Assembly (NCBI GenBank): GCA_030295235.1 | Contig: AP026125.1 | Location: 2,170,001-2,234,000, forward strand | Length of the DNA stretch: 64,000 nucleotides | Direction: 5' to 3' | Source: Fistulifera solaris | Lineage: Eukaryota | Shown here: piece after piece, positions 1 through 10,684 of the stretch | How positions within the stretch are numbered: the stretch's first letter is position 1 | How the letters are laid out: the number at the start of each line of letters is the position of its first letter | Translations under genes and position numbers: made by a program | The notes under the pieces: generated by a model | Database searches by the model: none | The model's input: only the letters and a program-made list of their open reading frames with translations | Told to the model about the DNA's origin: nothing

Positions 1-4
1 GTGG

Positions 5-1312
5 TTGTTTCATCAACATCCTAATTCGATTCATCCTTCTTCAGGACAACACATACGACCATTGGTGCAGGCACATCAGTACAAACTCCGACATGCACAA
101 ATCATCCAGCGAAGCCATATTGTGCATCCTGTGGCTCCACCCTTGGGCTGTTTTCATTCCGTAGGGTCTGTGTATTCGAATCAGATGGATACTCCTACAA
201 GTGATTCGGACGCGCCGAAATGGATCCTTCAAGTCCATTGGGAAGGACCTCAACCACTCCACACGGCTTATTATGATATCGGATGGTTACAACAGTGTCA
301 TACTATGAGCTTACATGATAATGACAAGTCGAGTATCCACGCAAATAAAACGATTGTCACGCAACAAACACAACTCCTCTCCTTTGATCATGACAAAGTC
401 CTACGACACGACGACAACTTGTTTCGGCTCTTACGATCCTTGCTGGAGTACGGAGCTGTCTTAATCGAAAACACGCCCAATACAGACACGGCCTGTGCCA
501 ATATTGGCAAACGACTTAGTGGAGGCACATTGTCACATGGATCCTTGTATGGAGATGTCTTTGACGTCCAATCAATACCCAATGCACACAATATCGCCTA
601 CACCAATGATGCTCTTGCCGTACACCAAGATTTGGCGTATTATGAATCACCACCGGGCTTTCAGTTGTTGCATTGTCGGACGAATACCGTGACGGACGGC
701 GGAGCTTCGCTCTTGATCGATGCCTTGGCGGCCGCAGAAACATTGGCCAATCTAGCACCGGATCTGTTTGCTACATTGACTCGTGTACCGGCCACCTTTT
801 TGAAGCAACGTTCCGGGGCGGATATGATGTACCGTCGTACCCATATTCGTGTATCCGAACACAATCGCACTGAAGTATTGTCGGTGCACTGGGCTCCTCC
901 TTTTGAAGGTCCATTGTTTTCGTCGTCTGAAGAAGACACTCGCGAGTACTTTGTGGCCCGTGCCGCCTTTGAACGCATGCTGGATGTTTTGTTACCGCGT
1001 CAAGAACGATACTTGCCAATGCTCGATCGGCAGTTGGAACAACAGTTGATCGATTACGCTCATAACTATACCTGGCAACAAACCTTACAGCCGAAGCAAA
1101 TTTTGGTGTTTTCCAATCAACGACTCTTGCATGGTCGAACCGCTTTTCGTATTGATACAGCGAATGGGGGTACCCGTCACTTGACGGGATGCTACACAAA
1201 TGTGGACGAGACGCTGCAACAATATCGTTTATTACGAAGACAGCGATTGCGAGGCGCACAAGACCTTGAAGCTTTGCCGGTGATGGGGCATGGCAGTCAT
1301 CGAATTTCGTAA
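5..1312 (+). CDS. TauD/TfdA-family 2-oxoglutarate dioxygenase (gamma-butyrobetaine dioxygenase-like); probably 5'-partial at the window edge
   Basis: HxD motif (VHQDLAYYESPPGFQLLHC), distal His/Arg motif (NQRLLHGRTAF, RHLTGCY), and the N-terminal H-P-S-S-G-Q / W..HTAYYDIGWL segment typical of BBOX-like proteins. Confidence 0.88.
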   Translation: MFHQHPNSIHPSSGQHIRPLVQAHQYKLRHAQIIQRSHIVHPVAPPLGCFHSVGSVYSNQMDTPTSDSDAPKWILQVHWEGPQPLHTAYYDIGWLQQCHTMSLHDNDKSSIHANKTIVTQQTQLLSFDHDKVLRHDDNLFRLLRSLLEYGAVLIENTPNTDTACANIGKRLSGGTLSHGSLYGDVFDVQSIPNAHNIAYTNDALAVHQDLAYYESPPGFQLLHCRTNTVTDGGASLLIDALAAAETLANLAPDLFATLTRVPATFLKQRSGADMMYRRTHIRVSEHNRTEVLSVHWAPPFEGPLFSSSEEDTREYFVARAAFERMLDVLLPRQERYLPMLDRQLEQQLIDYAHNYTWQQTLQPKQILVFSNQRLLHGRTAFRIDTANGGTRHLTGCYTNVDETLQQYRLLRRQRLRGAQDLEALPVMGHGSHRIS

Positions 1313-1432
1313 TCGAATCTGTATACAAATAGAATTGGATTCAAAAGGGTCTTGTAATTAATTCTGATGTTTCTAGCATTAGTAGCGATGCTCGCGAATC
1401 TTCATGTTCCTCTTCAACTTATTTTGTATGAT

Positions 1433-2050
1433 TTACAAATCCGGCACATCGACGAGTGCATCAAAGAAATCTTGTACCAAATCATTCATTTTCTGTGCCA
1501 CTAGAACGAATCCAGTCGCATCTTTTGCACTGACAGGCACATCGGCTGCTTGTGCATATTGTCGCAATTTGTCGGCATCTTGTAAAGCTCGTTGTTTCAT
1601 GTCGGCACTTTGAATGGTCCCTGCTACCACTTTCATATCATCTCCAGCGAGTGAATAGATTTGGCGCAAGAATTTTCCGACATTATCCCATTCGGCGGCA
1701 TCCATTTCGCTGGAATTCTCTTGTACTCGCTTTGTTACCTTTTTCAGATCACGTTTCAACCGAATGCATCGATTGAATTGAGCCACACCTTGGGGTAATT
1801 CCGTGCCGGAATAGACATCGGCATGTGCGATAGTAGGCTGTTGCGTAATCACTGCCGTTGTAGTCAAAGCTGCCGTGAACATTCCTTGTAAGAATCTTTG
1901 TCGATTCATTGTTGTTGTGGAGAGGGATGCCGATTCAGAGACGGCGGAACGAGAACGAAGGGTATCGGAAGCTGTGGCACGAGAAGTGACCCAAGCCATT
2001 GTTGCCGATGGCAACGCCACGAGAACCAATACAGAAGCGGAGACCCTCAT
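1433..2050 (-). CDS. Plastid/thylakoid lumen protein, PsbQ-like helical bundle
   Basis: Signal peptide MRVSASVLVLVALPSATMA-W, Ser/Arg transit peptide, Tat-like NRQRFL plus hydrophobic stretch ending AHA, then a helical domain (EWDNVGKFLR...DFFDAL). Confidence 0.65.
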   Translation of the reverse strand: MRVSASVLVLVALPSATMAWVTSRATASDTLRSRSAVSESASLSTTTMNRQRFLQGMFTAALTTTAVITQQPTIAHADVYSGTELPQGVAQFNRCIRLKRDLKKVTKRVQENSSEMDAAEWDNVGKFLRQIYSLAGDDMKVVAGTIQSADMKQRALQDADKLRQYAQAADVPVSAKDATGFVLVAQKMNDLVQDFFDALVDVPDL

Positions 2051-2467
2051 GCTGAACACAGGAAAGAAATACTAGTGATTGTTGATTGCTTATTCGTAAT
2101 GCGTAATGCCTGTTGTGTGATCTTGTTGGTAATAATTGTGACGAAGTTGTTTGTTGTTTTATTATTTTCGAGTCAGAATCTGACGCATGTCCACAGTTAC
2201 ACATTTGAGTACCGCAGTGATGTCTTTTCGAAGCGCTAGCTATGGGGAGTATGAGGACGATACGTTTGAAAACAACTAGGACTACACTGAAAGATGGACT
2301 ATTGAAGAGGCGAAATCAAAATATTTACGGATGCGTAAAATGTTTTCGTTTTCTTTTCATTACTGGTACGCCGCTACACTCAACAGATCATCTATTAATC
2401 GTCACTCGACAAGGATTCGTTTTTGTTCATCGTCTCGTCAAACTCAGTTAAATCACCCGCATTCTCT

Positions 2468-3568
2468 CTATTTGCATCCCGCACTAGCCCGAGTGTCTAC
2501 GCCGGTTACCGGATTCGTGCCTTGTAACGTCGGATTCTTACACAAGGACCGACTATCGAAATCGCCCATGTACGCATCGGAAAAGTCGGTATTCTCCAAA
2601 TTGCTTTCTTCAAAGCTGGTGCCCGTCAAGACGGTATTGACAAACAAGGCACCACGTAACGAAGATCCTCGGAAACTCGCGCGATCGACTGACAAAAGAA
2701 AAGCGATTTACATCCGTGAGAGAAGAACTCGAATTGCTGATGCGAGGAGCTGAATGCACTTGGTACGTACCAATGGCGTTGGAAAAGTCAGAATCATCAA
2801 ATATACTATCTGTAGTGTGGTGAAACATCAGAAGCAAGAGAGTGTGAGAAAGCATCGTTACAACATGCGTTGCGTGTGAGCGATACGAGGATTAAAGAAT
2901 CCATTAATCTTAACTGCGACCTCAGCAACTTACCATGTAGATAAGCTTTACTGAACTGCGCATCTTGAAAATTGGATTTACGCAAATCCGTTTTCGTCGT
3001 AATCACACCCGACAGATCATAGCCTACCGCCTTTTGTTCAGGAATGTTGCAAGCTCGCAAATCGTACAGTTTGTCGCGTGCCGCGTTGGCTTGTCCGATA
3101 CTCGATGATTTCAAAACACAGCGGTTGGGGTCCGAATAGTCAATGGGTGGGAGTTTGAATTTGGAAGTTTGACCTGTAGATTGTACAGAGGAACGGAAAA
3201 AGGCATAAGATTGAGAACAGCAGGCAAACACAAGCAAAAAACAATCAGCGCCATGCGTTGATGTCATTTGATCATTATGACTCACCATCCGCCAAGGCCG
3301 CGCCCGAAAAGAGACTCCATGCGACAAACGCCGATGCGGTTGCAACAGAAAAAACGTTTGGATTGTTGTTGGCGATGTTACTCTTTTTCTGTAGTGAAGT
3401 GTTGCGGCTAACGCTGTCATTATTTTCTTTGTTGAAAAGACCCATGATGGTACCCTTTGTTTGACTCAGTGGCTTTGTCGTCAAAGGAGTCGTAAAAGAT
3501 TCGACAGAGTGACTGTTCGAAAGAAGGATCGTCAAAGTCATCATAAAAACACGACGAAGGTAAGTCAT
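2468..3568 (-). CDS. Thylakoid lumen pentapeptide-repeat protein (TL17-like), 4 exons
   Basis: Exons ~3568-3286, 3173-2934, 2809-2771 and 2688-2468 join in frame at GT-AG introns. Signal peptide and AALA lumen cleavage site; pentapeptide repeats (SNFQDAQFSKAYL, ASFRGSSLRGALFVNTVLTGTSFEESNLENTDFSDAY); C-terminal LCKNPTLQGTNPVTGVDTRASAGCK. Confidence 0.88.
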
Positions 3569-4241
3569 GATGGCGTTTTCTCGTTCGACTTTTGAGGTTT
3601 AAAAAAAGACGTAATGAAAGCGTTTCGTAGCAGTACGAAGGCAAGTTGTATTATTTGTAGCAACAACAACAATCAACAAGTCAAAGGTATGAATGATTGC
3701 GATGATCTGGCAAATCAAGCAACTTCGGTATCGGTCGGTTCGCGATCTGTTTTGTGTTGGATGATGCAAGTGACGTAGGCCGACTGATCCGTGATTGACA
3801 ATCACGCCAATATTCTGTACGGTAATCTGTACCGACGACGACACGACCTCCTCGCCGTCCCGGCAATAATTTCTCAACAAAAAATTGACAATGATGCGCG
3901 CTGCGACCTGTTTGTCATTTGAAAACTGCGTGGGTGTTGGCGTGTTGAGAATTGAGAAAAGGAAAATAAAGTGAATATTGTACGTCGAACGCTATTCGTA
4001 CTTCAGTATTGCTATTTGATTGTTAATGTGACTTGCAGTTGCTAACGAAAATAATGAGGAAACCGGCGAAGATTACCTCTGCGAGATCTCCTTCTCCGAC
4101 GCCGTCCGAGACGATCTTTGTACCTCCTTTGTTGCTTCTGTACTCTTCTTCTCGTTCCAATTTGTTTCCACTTTTCCCTTTCTTCTTTCTCTCGATTTTT
4201 ATTTTTCATCTAACGGCCATTAACTACAGATTCATTTTGAA

Positions 4242-4733
4242 ATGAAATGCCGCTCGAATCGATCTATCTCTTTTCTACGGATCATTCTCATTACGTTGGG
4301 TTGCACTTTTATGACTACGAAAGCCAATGTCATAAAACCACAGCTCAAACCTCGATTGGTGTTACAGCCGTTGATTGGCGGACCATCGTGGCTGAAAGTA
4401 CATGTTCAAGTGCATCTCGTGGAGCTAGATGACAACGGCGACAACAGAATCAAGAACCCAATACGCCACAAATTTGATTTTGTACCACTTAATCCTTCAG
4501 ATCCTCGTACACTCGCTCGATTATTGACACTACAATCGGTACCGGGAGAAATACGGACCTTTCAATCGACGCACCAGCCCAGTCTGCGGTTTTGTCAACA
4601 ATACAACAACAACGAACTGCATTTGATATTCAATAATTGCTGGATCTTTGCTGCGAAACTATACTGGTATTTATTGCAACAGCAAGAGGAGAAGATTGAA
4701 GATGCGAATTCATTTGAAAAGACGAAGCAATAA
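4242..4733 (+). CDS. Hypothetical protein, possible permuted papain-like (PPPDE/LRAT-type) fold
   Basis: 163-aa ORF with an N-terminal hydrophobic segment, an early His strand (KVHVQV) and a late HLIFNNCWIFA motif. Confidence 0.5.
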   Translation: MKCRSNRSISFLRIILITLGCTFMTTKANVIKPQLKPRLVLQPLIGGPSWLKVHVQVHLVELDDNGDNRIKNPIRHKFDFVPLNPSDPRTLARLLTLQSVPGEIRTFQSTHQPSLRFCQQYNNNELHLIFNNCWIFAAKLYWYLLQQQEEKIEDANSFEKTKQ

Positions 4734-4955
4734 GCTCTCCATGGATCCATGGAGCATTTAGACAGCATGTACTTGGGTCGATCGATAGAAACGATCAGCA
4801 CACACATCTCTGTGTGCTTACATGGTCAGTTACAAACTACACGTTGAGTATAAGAAAATGTGCATGGAACTTTTACGGGCTTATTTGGCTCTCCGTTATC
4901 AAGAATCTGCTAATGTCAAAGAATTGTTCTTATGTTTTGATTTTCCATTGACGAC

Positions 4956-6254
4956 TTACTCGCGGCGACTTCCCGAGTTGGAGGTCGAGGGACTATCAGC
5001 CGAATCCTTGCTGGCACTCGCACTAGCTAGGTTGCGGCGGCTTCCCGAGTTGGAGGTCGAGGGACTATCAGCCGAATCGTTGCTGGCACTCGCACTCGCT
5101 AGGTTGCGGCGACTTCCCGAGTTGGAGGTCGAGGGACTGTCAACTGAATCGTTGCTGGCACTCGCACTCGCTAGGTTGCGGCGGCTTCCCGAGTTGGAGG
5201 TCGAGGGACTGTCAACTGAATCGTTGCTGGCACTCGCACTTGCTAGGTTGCGGCGACTTCCCGAGTTGGAGGTCGAGGGACTATCAGCCGAATCGTTGCT
5301 GGCACTCGCACTCGCTAGGTTGCGGCGGCTTCCCGAGTTGGAGGTCGAGGGACTGTCAACTGAATCGTTGCTGGCACTGGAACTCGCACTTGCTAGGTTG
5401 CGGCGACTTCCCGAGTTGGAGGTCGAGGGACTATCAGCCGAATCCTTGCTGGCACTCGCACTCGCTAGGTTGCGGCGACTTCCCGAGTTGGAGGTCGAGG
5501 GACTGTCAACTGAATCGTTGCTGGCACTGGAACTCGCACTTGCTAGGTTGCGGCGACTTCCCGAGTTGGAGGTCGAGGGACTATCAGCCGAATCCTTGCT
5601 GGCACTCGCACTCGCTAGGTTGCGGCGGCTTCCCGAGTTGGAGGTCGAGGGACTGTCAACTGAATCGTTGCTGGCACTCGCACTTGCTAGGTTGCGGCGA
5701 CTTCCCGAGTTGGAGGTCGAGGGACTATCAGCCGAATCGTTGCTGGCACTCGCACTCGCTAGGTTGCGGCGGCTTCCCGAGTTGGAGGTCGAGGGACTGT
5801 CAACTGAATCGTTGCTGGCACTGGAACTCGCACTCGCTAGGTTGCGGCGGCTTCCCGAGTTGGAGGTCGAGGGACTGTCAACTGAATCGTTGCTGGCACT
5901 CGCACTCGCTAGGTTGCGGCGGCTTCCCGAGTTGGAGGTCGAGGGACTATCAGCCGAATCGTTGCTGGCACTCGCACTCGCTAGGTTGCGGCGACTTCCC
6001 GAGTTGGAGGTCGAGGGACTATCAGCCGAATCGTTGCTGGCACTCGCACTCGCTAGGTTGCGGCGACTTCCCGAGTTGGAGGTCGAGGGACTGTCGACAG
6101 AGTCGTTGCTGGAGCTTGCAAGATGACGCTTGCGCAACATCACAGGAGCTGTCTCATCCAAATCGTTGCCGAACTCGTTGTTGCTGGCAACTGCTTTTGA
6201 TGTTGCGCCTGTCAAAGAGAAAAGGAATAAGATGGAAGCAGTTGGAAACTTCAT
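4956..6254 (-). CDS. Secreted Ser-rich repeat polyprotein with RRNL processing sites (silacidin/silaffin-like precursor candidate)
   Basis: Signal peptide MKFPTASILFLFSLTGATSKAVA, acidic propeptide ending RKRHL, then 16 peptides ASA(SS)SAS[N/K]DS[A/V]DSPSTSNSGS separated by RRNL. Confidence 0.85.
   Translation of the reverse strand: MKFPTASILFLFSLTGATSKAVASNNEFGNDLDETAPVMLRKRHLASSSNDSVDSPSTSNSGSRRNLASASASNDSADSPSTSNSGSRRNLASASASNDSADSPSTSNSGSRRNLASASASNDSVDSPSTSNSGSRRNLASASSSASNDSVDSPSTSNSGSRRNLASASASNDSADSPSTSNSGSRRNLASASASNDSVDSPSTSNSGSRRNLASASASKDSADSPSTSNSGSRRNLASASSSASNDSVDSPSTSNSGSRRNLASASASKDSADSPSTSNSGSRRNLASASSSASNDSVDSPSTSNSGSRRNLASASASNDSADSPSTSNSGSRRNLASASASNDSVDSPSTSNSGSRRNLASASASNDSVDSPSTSNSGSRRNLASASASNDSADSPSTSNSGSRRNLASASASKDSADSPSTSNSGSRRE
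4959..6119. repeat. Coding tandem repeat, 72-bp unit (78-bp variant in 3 copies), 16 copies
   Basis: Near-identical units ...cttcccgagttggaggtcgagggact... read directly. Confidence 0.97.
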
Positions 6255-7099
6255 GTTGAATCAGTTCTTGGTTTGAGATGTGCTTTTAGAAAGATCTTGC
6301 TGAAAACTGTGCGACGAAAACAAAATGATGAAAAAGTGAAAGGATCCAAAAACTCGGTCGTTTTTCCGTCTTACGTCGCTCACCTCTAGACACAGTTTTT
6401 GGAATTAGTATGATGGCAAACAGTAAAGAAATCACGCACGACTGAAGTATGATGCATCTTGTGGCCGATGTCCAATAATTCGAAATACAAAAGATTGCGG
6501 CCGCAATCTTGCTTTTTTCGCTGGTATCTTCGTGCATGTTGAATTGAAAGATTTATGATATACTCCGTTTTCGCTCACGAATAAGGTCTTGTAGTTGTAG
6601 GAGCTGATTAAGTACGATTCGATCTCGAACGAAATCCGGACTATCGCAAGTCGTCATCCATCGTCGTGCGCGTGATCGGAGTCTACATGGAAGTGTGAAA
6701 GCGTCGTATCATCGTTCGCACAACGGCTCGATGAGAGGGGGACGGCAGAGATGCAAAATGATGAGTTGAATCATCATTAGCAAACAATGAGCCAGTCAAC
6801 GCTTTCATAGATTGAAGTCGATCTGCAGATGTCGTCGGTTGCGAGCCCTCGAAACATCGCTGCCAAGGGCCGATGATGATTCAACTAAACTTCAAACCGA
6901 TGCAAGGCGCTCCGCTACATTGGCATGAAGTCAAATCGCCATCGGCGTTGTCTCTTCACTACACCCATCGTGCGAATAATTCGTGTCAGAGCAAGCATCG
7001 TTCCGCCACGGAGAACTTCGGGACGCAACGATGTGCGAACAATTATTTGATCGAAACGTAACATTCTACGTAAATGAATACAGACTACGACACACCACT

Positions 7100-8420
7100 T
7101 TAAACTGCGTGGAAAATAGTTTGGTACCTAACATCCACGTAACCTTTTTGTCGGGCTTTCATCCAAATCGCGACATATCGAAACAGGCAGCACTTATCGC
7201 CTCGAGTATCTTGCAGTACGACATGCTCCTCTAGACATCCATTATGCATGTATTCACACAACACGTCCGTGTGAGTCGATAACAGTAAAGCCGTATGTTG
7301 GAAGTTTTCGAAAGAGCTTTCCAACAACGCCATCGCCACTAACGACGGTCGCAACAGCATAGACTCCTTCATCAGCTGAATGGATCCATGATAAAAGCGA
7401 TTCATTCAATGCATACAGTCTATCGATACTGGATCCATCTCTTGCCATAATGTTCCAATATCGTAATGTTTCGGTTTCTCGAAAGCAATCGCTCCAGCCA
7501 GGAGTACGTAGGATCTTCATCTGATGGGTATTCCCAAAGTGCAAATGTTCGTAGTTCTTTGTGCTCTTCAATTGCATTGAAAATTTGGGGCAAGTACTCG
7601 CCCCAAGTCACATCCCAACAATCACTGGTCACTCTAAGATAGGTCAAATTCGGATTAGCATTTATTGTACGAATCAGTGCTTTTGCAACAGATGCTTTAT
7701 CACGAAATTCATGACCTGACAATAAATCAAATGTAACATCCAATCTTTCAAAATGTCCCAACTCAGCCACTCGGTTTAAAAGCGAAAAGTCAAAAGCCTC
7801 TCCGAAATTTCACCCCCATCATCACCCTCATCAATAAACATGATTGAGAAGGAAGGTGATACAATCTCAAGAAAATCAAAGTCCTCTGGCTGAATATGAT
7901 CCATGTTTATGGCATAGTCGAGAGCCTTTGTCTTGGCGGAGAATGGGAAAAGGGCACATTCTTCATCGACAGCAGGCATATCAAGCCTCTCAAACATTGT
8001 ATCAAGTTTGCGAAGACGTTTCACATTTGCAGGACTGCACAGCATTTTATGGCAATCCCAGGGATTATAAAGCATATAAAGTGAACCGAACCGAGAGCAT
8101 CGACAAACTGCGTCCCGTCATCTTCAAAATAGAAACCGTCGTCTGTGTGACGTGATTCGAAATACAAATTCAAAAGATAGGGGCGCGTTGCAAAGACGAG
8201 GGATTGTTCAGCACTCCAAAGTCCTGTTGAAATTTGGACTTTTCGATTCGGGTTCGAGTCTAAAATATGAGCGAGTTGCTGCGGTGTAATTGCCGCAAAA
8301 CCAAAATTTGGCATCAAGCAATGCTTGTTGATTTCCAAGCAAGAATCACCTTTTCCAGAGCCTTTGAGGGACCAAAAGAGTGTCGCTGTCTCGGCAAAGA
8401 CAGTCTCTCTTTGGCAATCA
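7100..8420 (-). pseudogene. Fragmented, apparently 5'-truncated member of an expanded diatom (Fistulifera-type) RNI/LRR-like hypothetical protein family
   Basis: Consecutive minus-strand fragments (8338-8021, 8075-7776, 7770-7420, 7405-7100) read as one protein across frameshifts: AETATLFWSL, QLAHILDSNPNR, ALIRTINANPNLTYL, YSWLERLLSRNRNITI, NRFYHGS...LLLSTHTDVLCE. The 5' part abuts the tandem array. Family assignment is from recall; some indels may be sequencing errors. Confidence 0.55.
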
Positions 8421-8517
8421 ACGCTTTCACTTTCATGATATTCGACTGCAATACGTCAACGCATAAAACAACGCAATTTAATTGACAAAACTAGGAAGAT
8501 ATTATTATGACACTTCC

Positions 8518-10512
8518 AGCTTCCAGTGTCTACGCGTATGTTACGTAGCCGTCGTAGGAAATTTATCTCTGTAGGAGAACCCGGAAATTGCCTTTTTCAC
8601 CGTCGTCCAGTTCTTGGGTTTCCAGTCCACAGATGTCAACGTTTTGTTGCGCACCGTAATTGCTTCGTATTGGAAAACAACAATTGCCACCGACTTGAAA
8701 ACTGAACGTTGAGGGAGCGAATGATGCAACGCTTCGAACGTCTACGTGATTTCACGTAGCTCTCGTAGGGAAATTTATCGACAGAGGGGCAACCCGGATA
8801 TTGTTTAATTTCGATCACACCATTTTACGCGTCTTTTGGACACCAATGTCAAATATACTTAACCCAACATGATTCATACGAGCCATGAAACAATCAATCA
8901 TCCACCTTGATTGGATAGTAAAACTTGAAACAGTAGAAAGATAAAACACTTCCAATGTCTACGCGTATGTTACGTAGCCGTCGTAGGAAATTTATCTCTG
9001 TAGGAGAACCCGGAAATTGCCTTTTTCACCGTCGTCCAGTTCTTGGGTTTCCAGTCCACAGATGTCAACGTTTTGTTGCGCACCGTAATTGCTTCGTATT
9101 GGAAAACAACAATTGCCACCGACTTGAAAACTGAACGTTGAGGGAGCGAATGATGCAACGCTTCGAACGTCTACGTGATTTCACGTAGCTCTCGTAGGAA
9201 ATTTATCGACAGAGGGGCAACCCGGATATTGTTTAATTTCGATCACACCATTTTACGCGTCTTTTGGACACCAATGTCAAATATACTTAACCCAACATGA
9301 TTCATACGAGCCATGAAACAATCAATCATCCACCTTGATTGGATAGTAAAACTTGAAACAGTAGAAAGATAAAACACTTCCAATGTCTACGCGTACGTTA
9401 CGTAGCCGTCGTAGGAAATTTATCTCTGTAGGAGAACCCGGAAATTGCCTTTTTCACCGTCGTCCAGTTCTTGGGTTTCCAGTCCACAGATGTCAACGTT
9501 CTGTTGCGCACCGTAATTGCTTCGTATTGGAAAACAACAATTGCCACCGACTTGAAAACTGAACGTTGAGGGAGCGAATGATGCAACGCTTCGAACGTCT
9601 ACGTGATTTCACGTAGCTCTCGTAGGGAAATTTATCGACAGAGGGGCAACCCGGATATTGTTTAATTTCGATCACACCATTTTACGCGTCTTTTGGACAC
9701 CAATGTCAAATATACTTAACCCAACATGATTCATACGAGCCATGAAACAATCAATCATCCACCTTGATTGGATAGTAAAACTTGAAACAGTAGAAAGATA
9801 AAACACTTCCAATGTCTACGCGTATGTTACGTAGCCGTCGTAGGAAATTTATCTCTGTAGGGGAACCCGGAAATTGCCTTTTTCACCGTCGTCCAGTTCT
9901 TGGGTTTCCAGTCCACAGATGTCAACGTTTTGTTGCGCACCGTAATTGCTTCGTATTGGAAAACAACAATTGCCACCGACTTGAAAACTGAACGTTGAGG
10001 GGGCGAATGATGCAACGCTTCGAACGTCTACGTGATTTCACGTAGCTCTCGTAGGAAATTTATCGACAGAGGGGCAACCCGGATATTGTTTAATTTCAAT
10101 CACACCATTTTACGCGTCTTTTGGACACCAATGTCAAATATACTTAACCCAACATGATTCATACGAGCCATGAAACAATCAATCATCCACCTTGATTGGA
10201 TAGTAAAACTTGAAACAGTAGAAAGATAAAACACTTCCATTGTCTACGCGTACGTTACGTAGCCGTCGTAGGAAATTTATCTCTGTAGGGGAACCCGGAA
10301 ATTGCCTTTTCACCGTCGTCCAGTTCTTGGGTTTCCAGTCCACAGATGTCAACGTTCTGTTGCGCACCGTAATTGCTTCGTATTGGAAAACAACAATTGC
10401 CACCGACTTGAAAACTGAACGTTGAGGGAGCGAATGATGCAACGCTTCGAACGTCTACGTGATTTCACGTAGCTCTCGTAGGGAAATTTATCGACAGAGG
10501 GGAAACCCGGAT
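8518..10512. repeat. Tandem array of a 428-429 bp unit, ~4.6 copies
   Basis: Anchor ttacgtagccgtcgtagg at 8541, 8970, 9398, 9827 and 10255 (periods 429/428/429/428); copies nearly identical. Confidence 0.97.
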
Positions 10513-10684
10513 GGCGGAATGATACATCAAACAAAAGTCGTTCCGCGTTCGACGAGGAAAACGTTTATTATTGCGATCACGACGATGATGTTGCGATGCA
10601 CGAAAACGGAATCAAAGATTGCATTCATCTAATTTCTTCATCATAATGTCCCTTACATTTCAACCATAGATAACCATTAGAACA

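Noticed and set aside
4822..6259. Long plus-strand ORFs (Leu-rich 434 aa; Cys/Trp-rich 339 aa) resembling LRR or Cys-repeat proteins
   Set aside because: Shadows of the stop-free 72-bp repeat. Only the minus frame has a signal peptide, propeptide and meaningful processing sites
8518..10512. Array as a 5S rRNA, snRNA or ribozyme cluster
   Set aside because: I could not recognise 5S, spliceosomal snRNA or hammerhead core motifs; an Rfam scan would be needed to exclude this fully
8541..10534. Repeated 60-87 aa ORFs in the tandem array
   Set aside because: Copies differ by frame-breaking indels and have no recognisable domain; treated as non-coding
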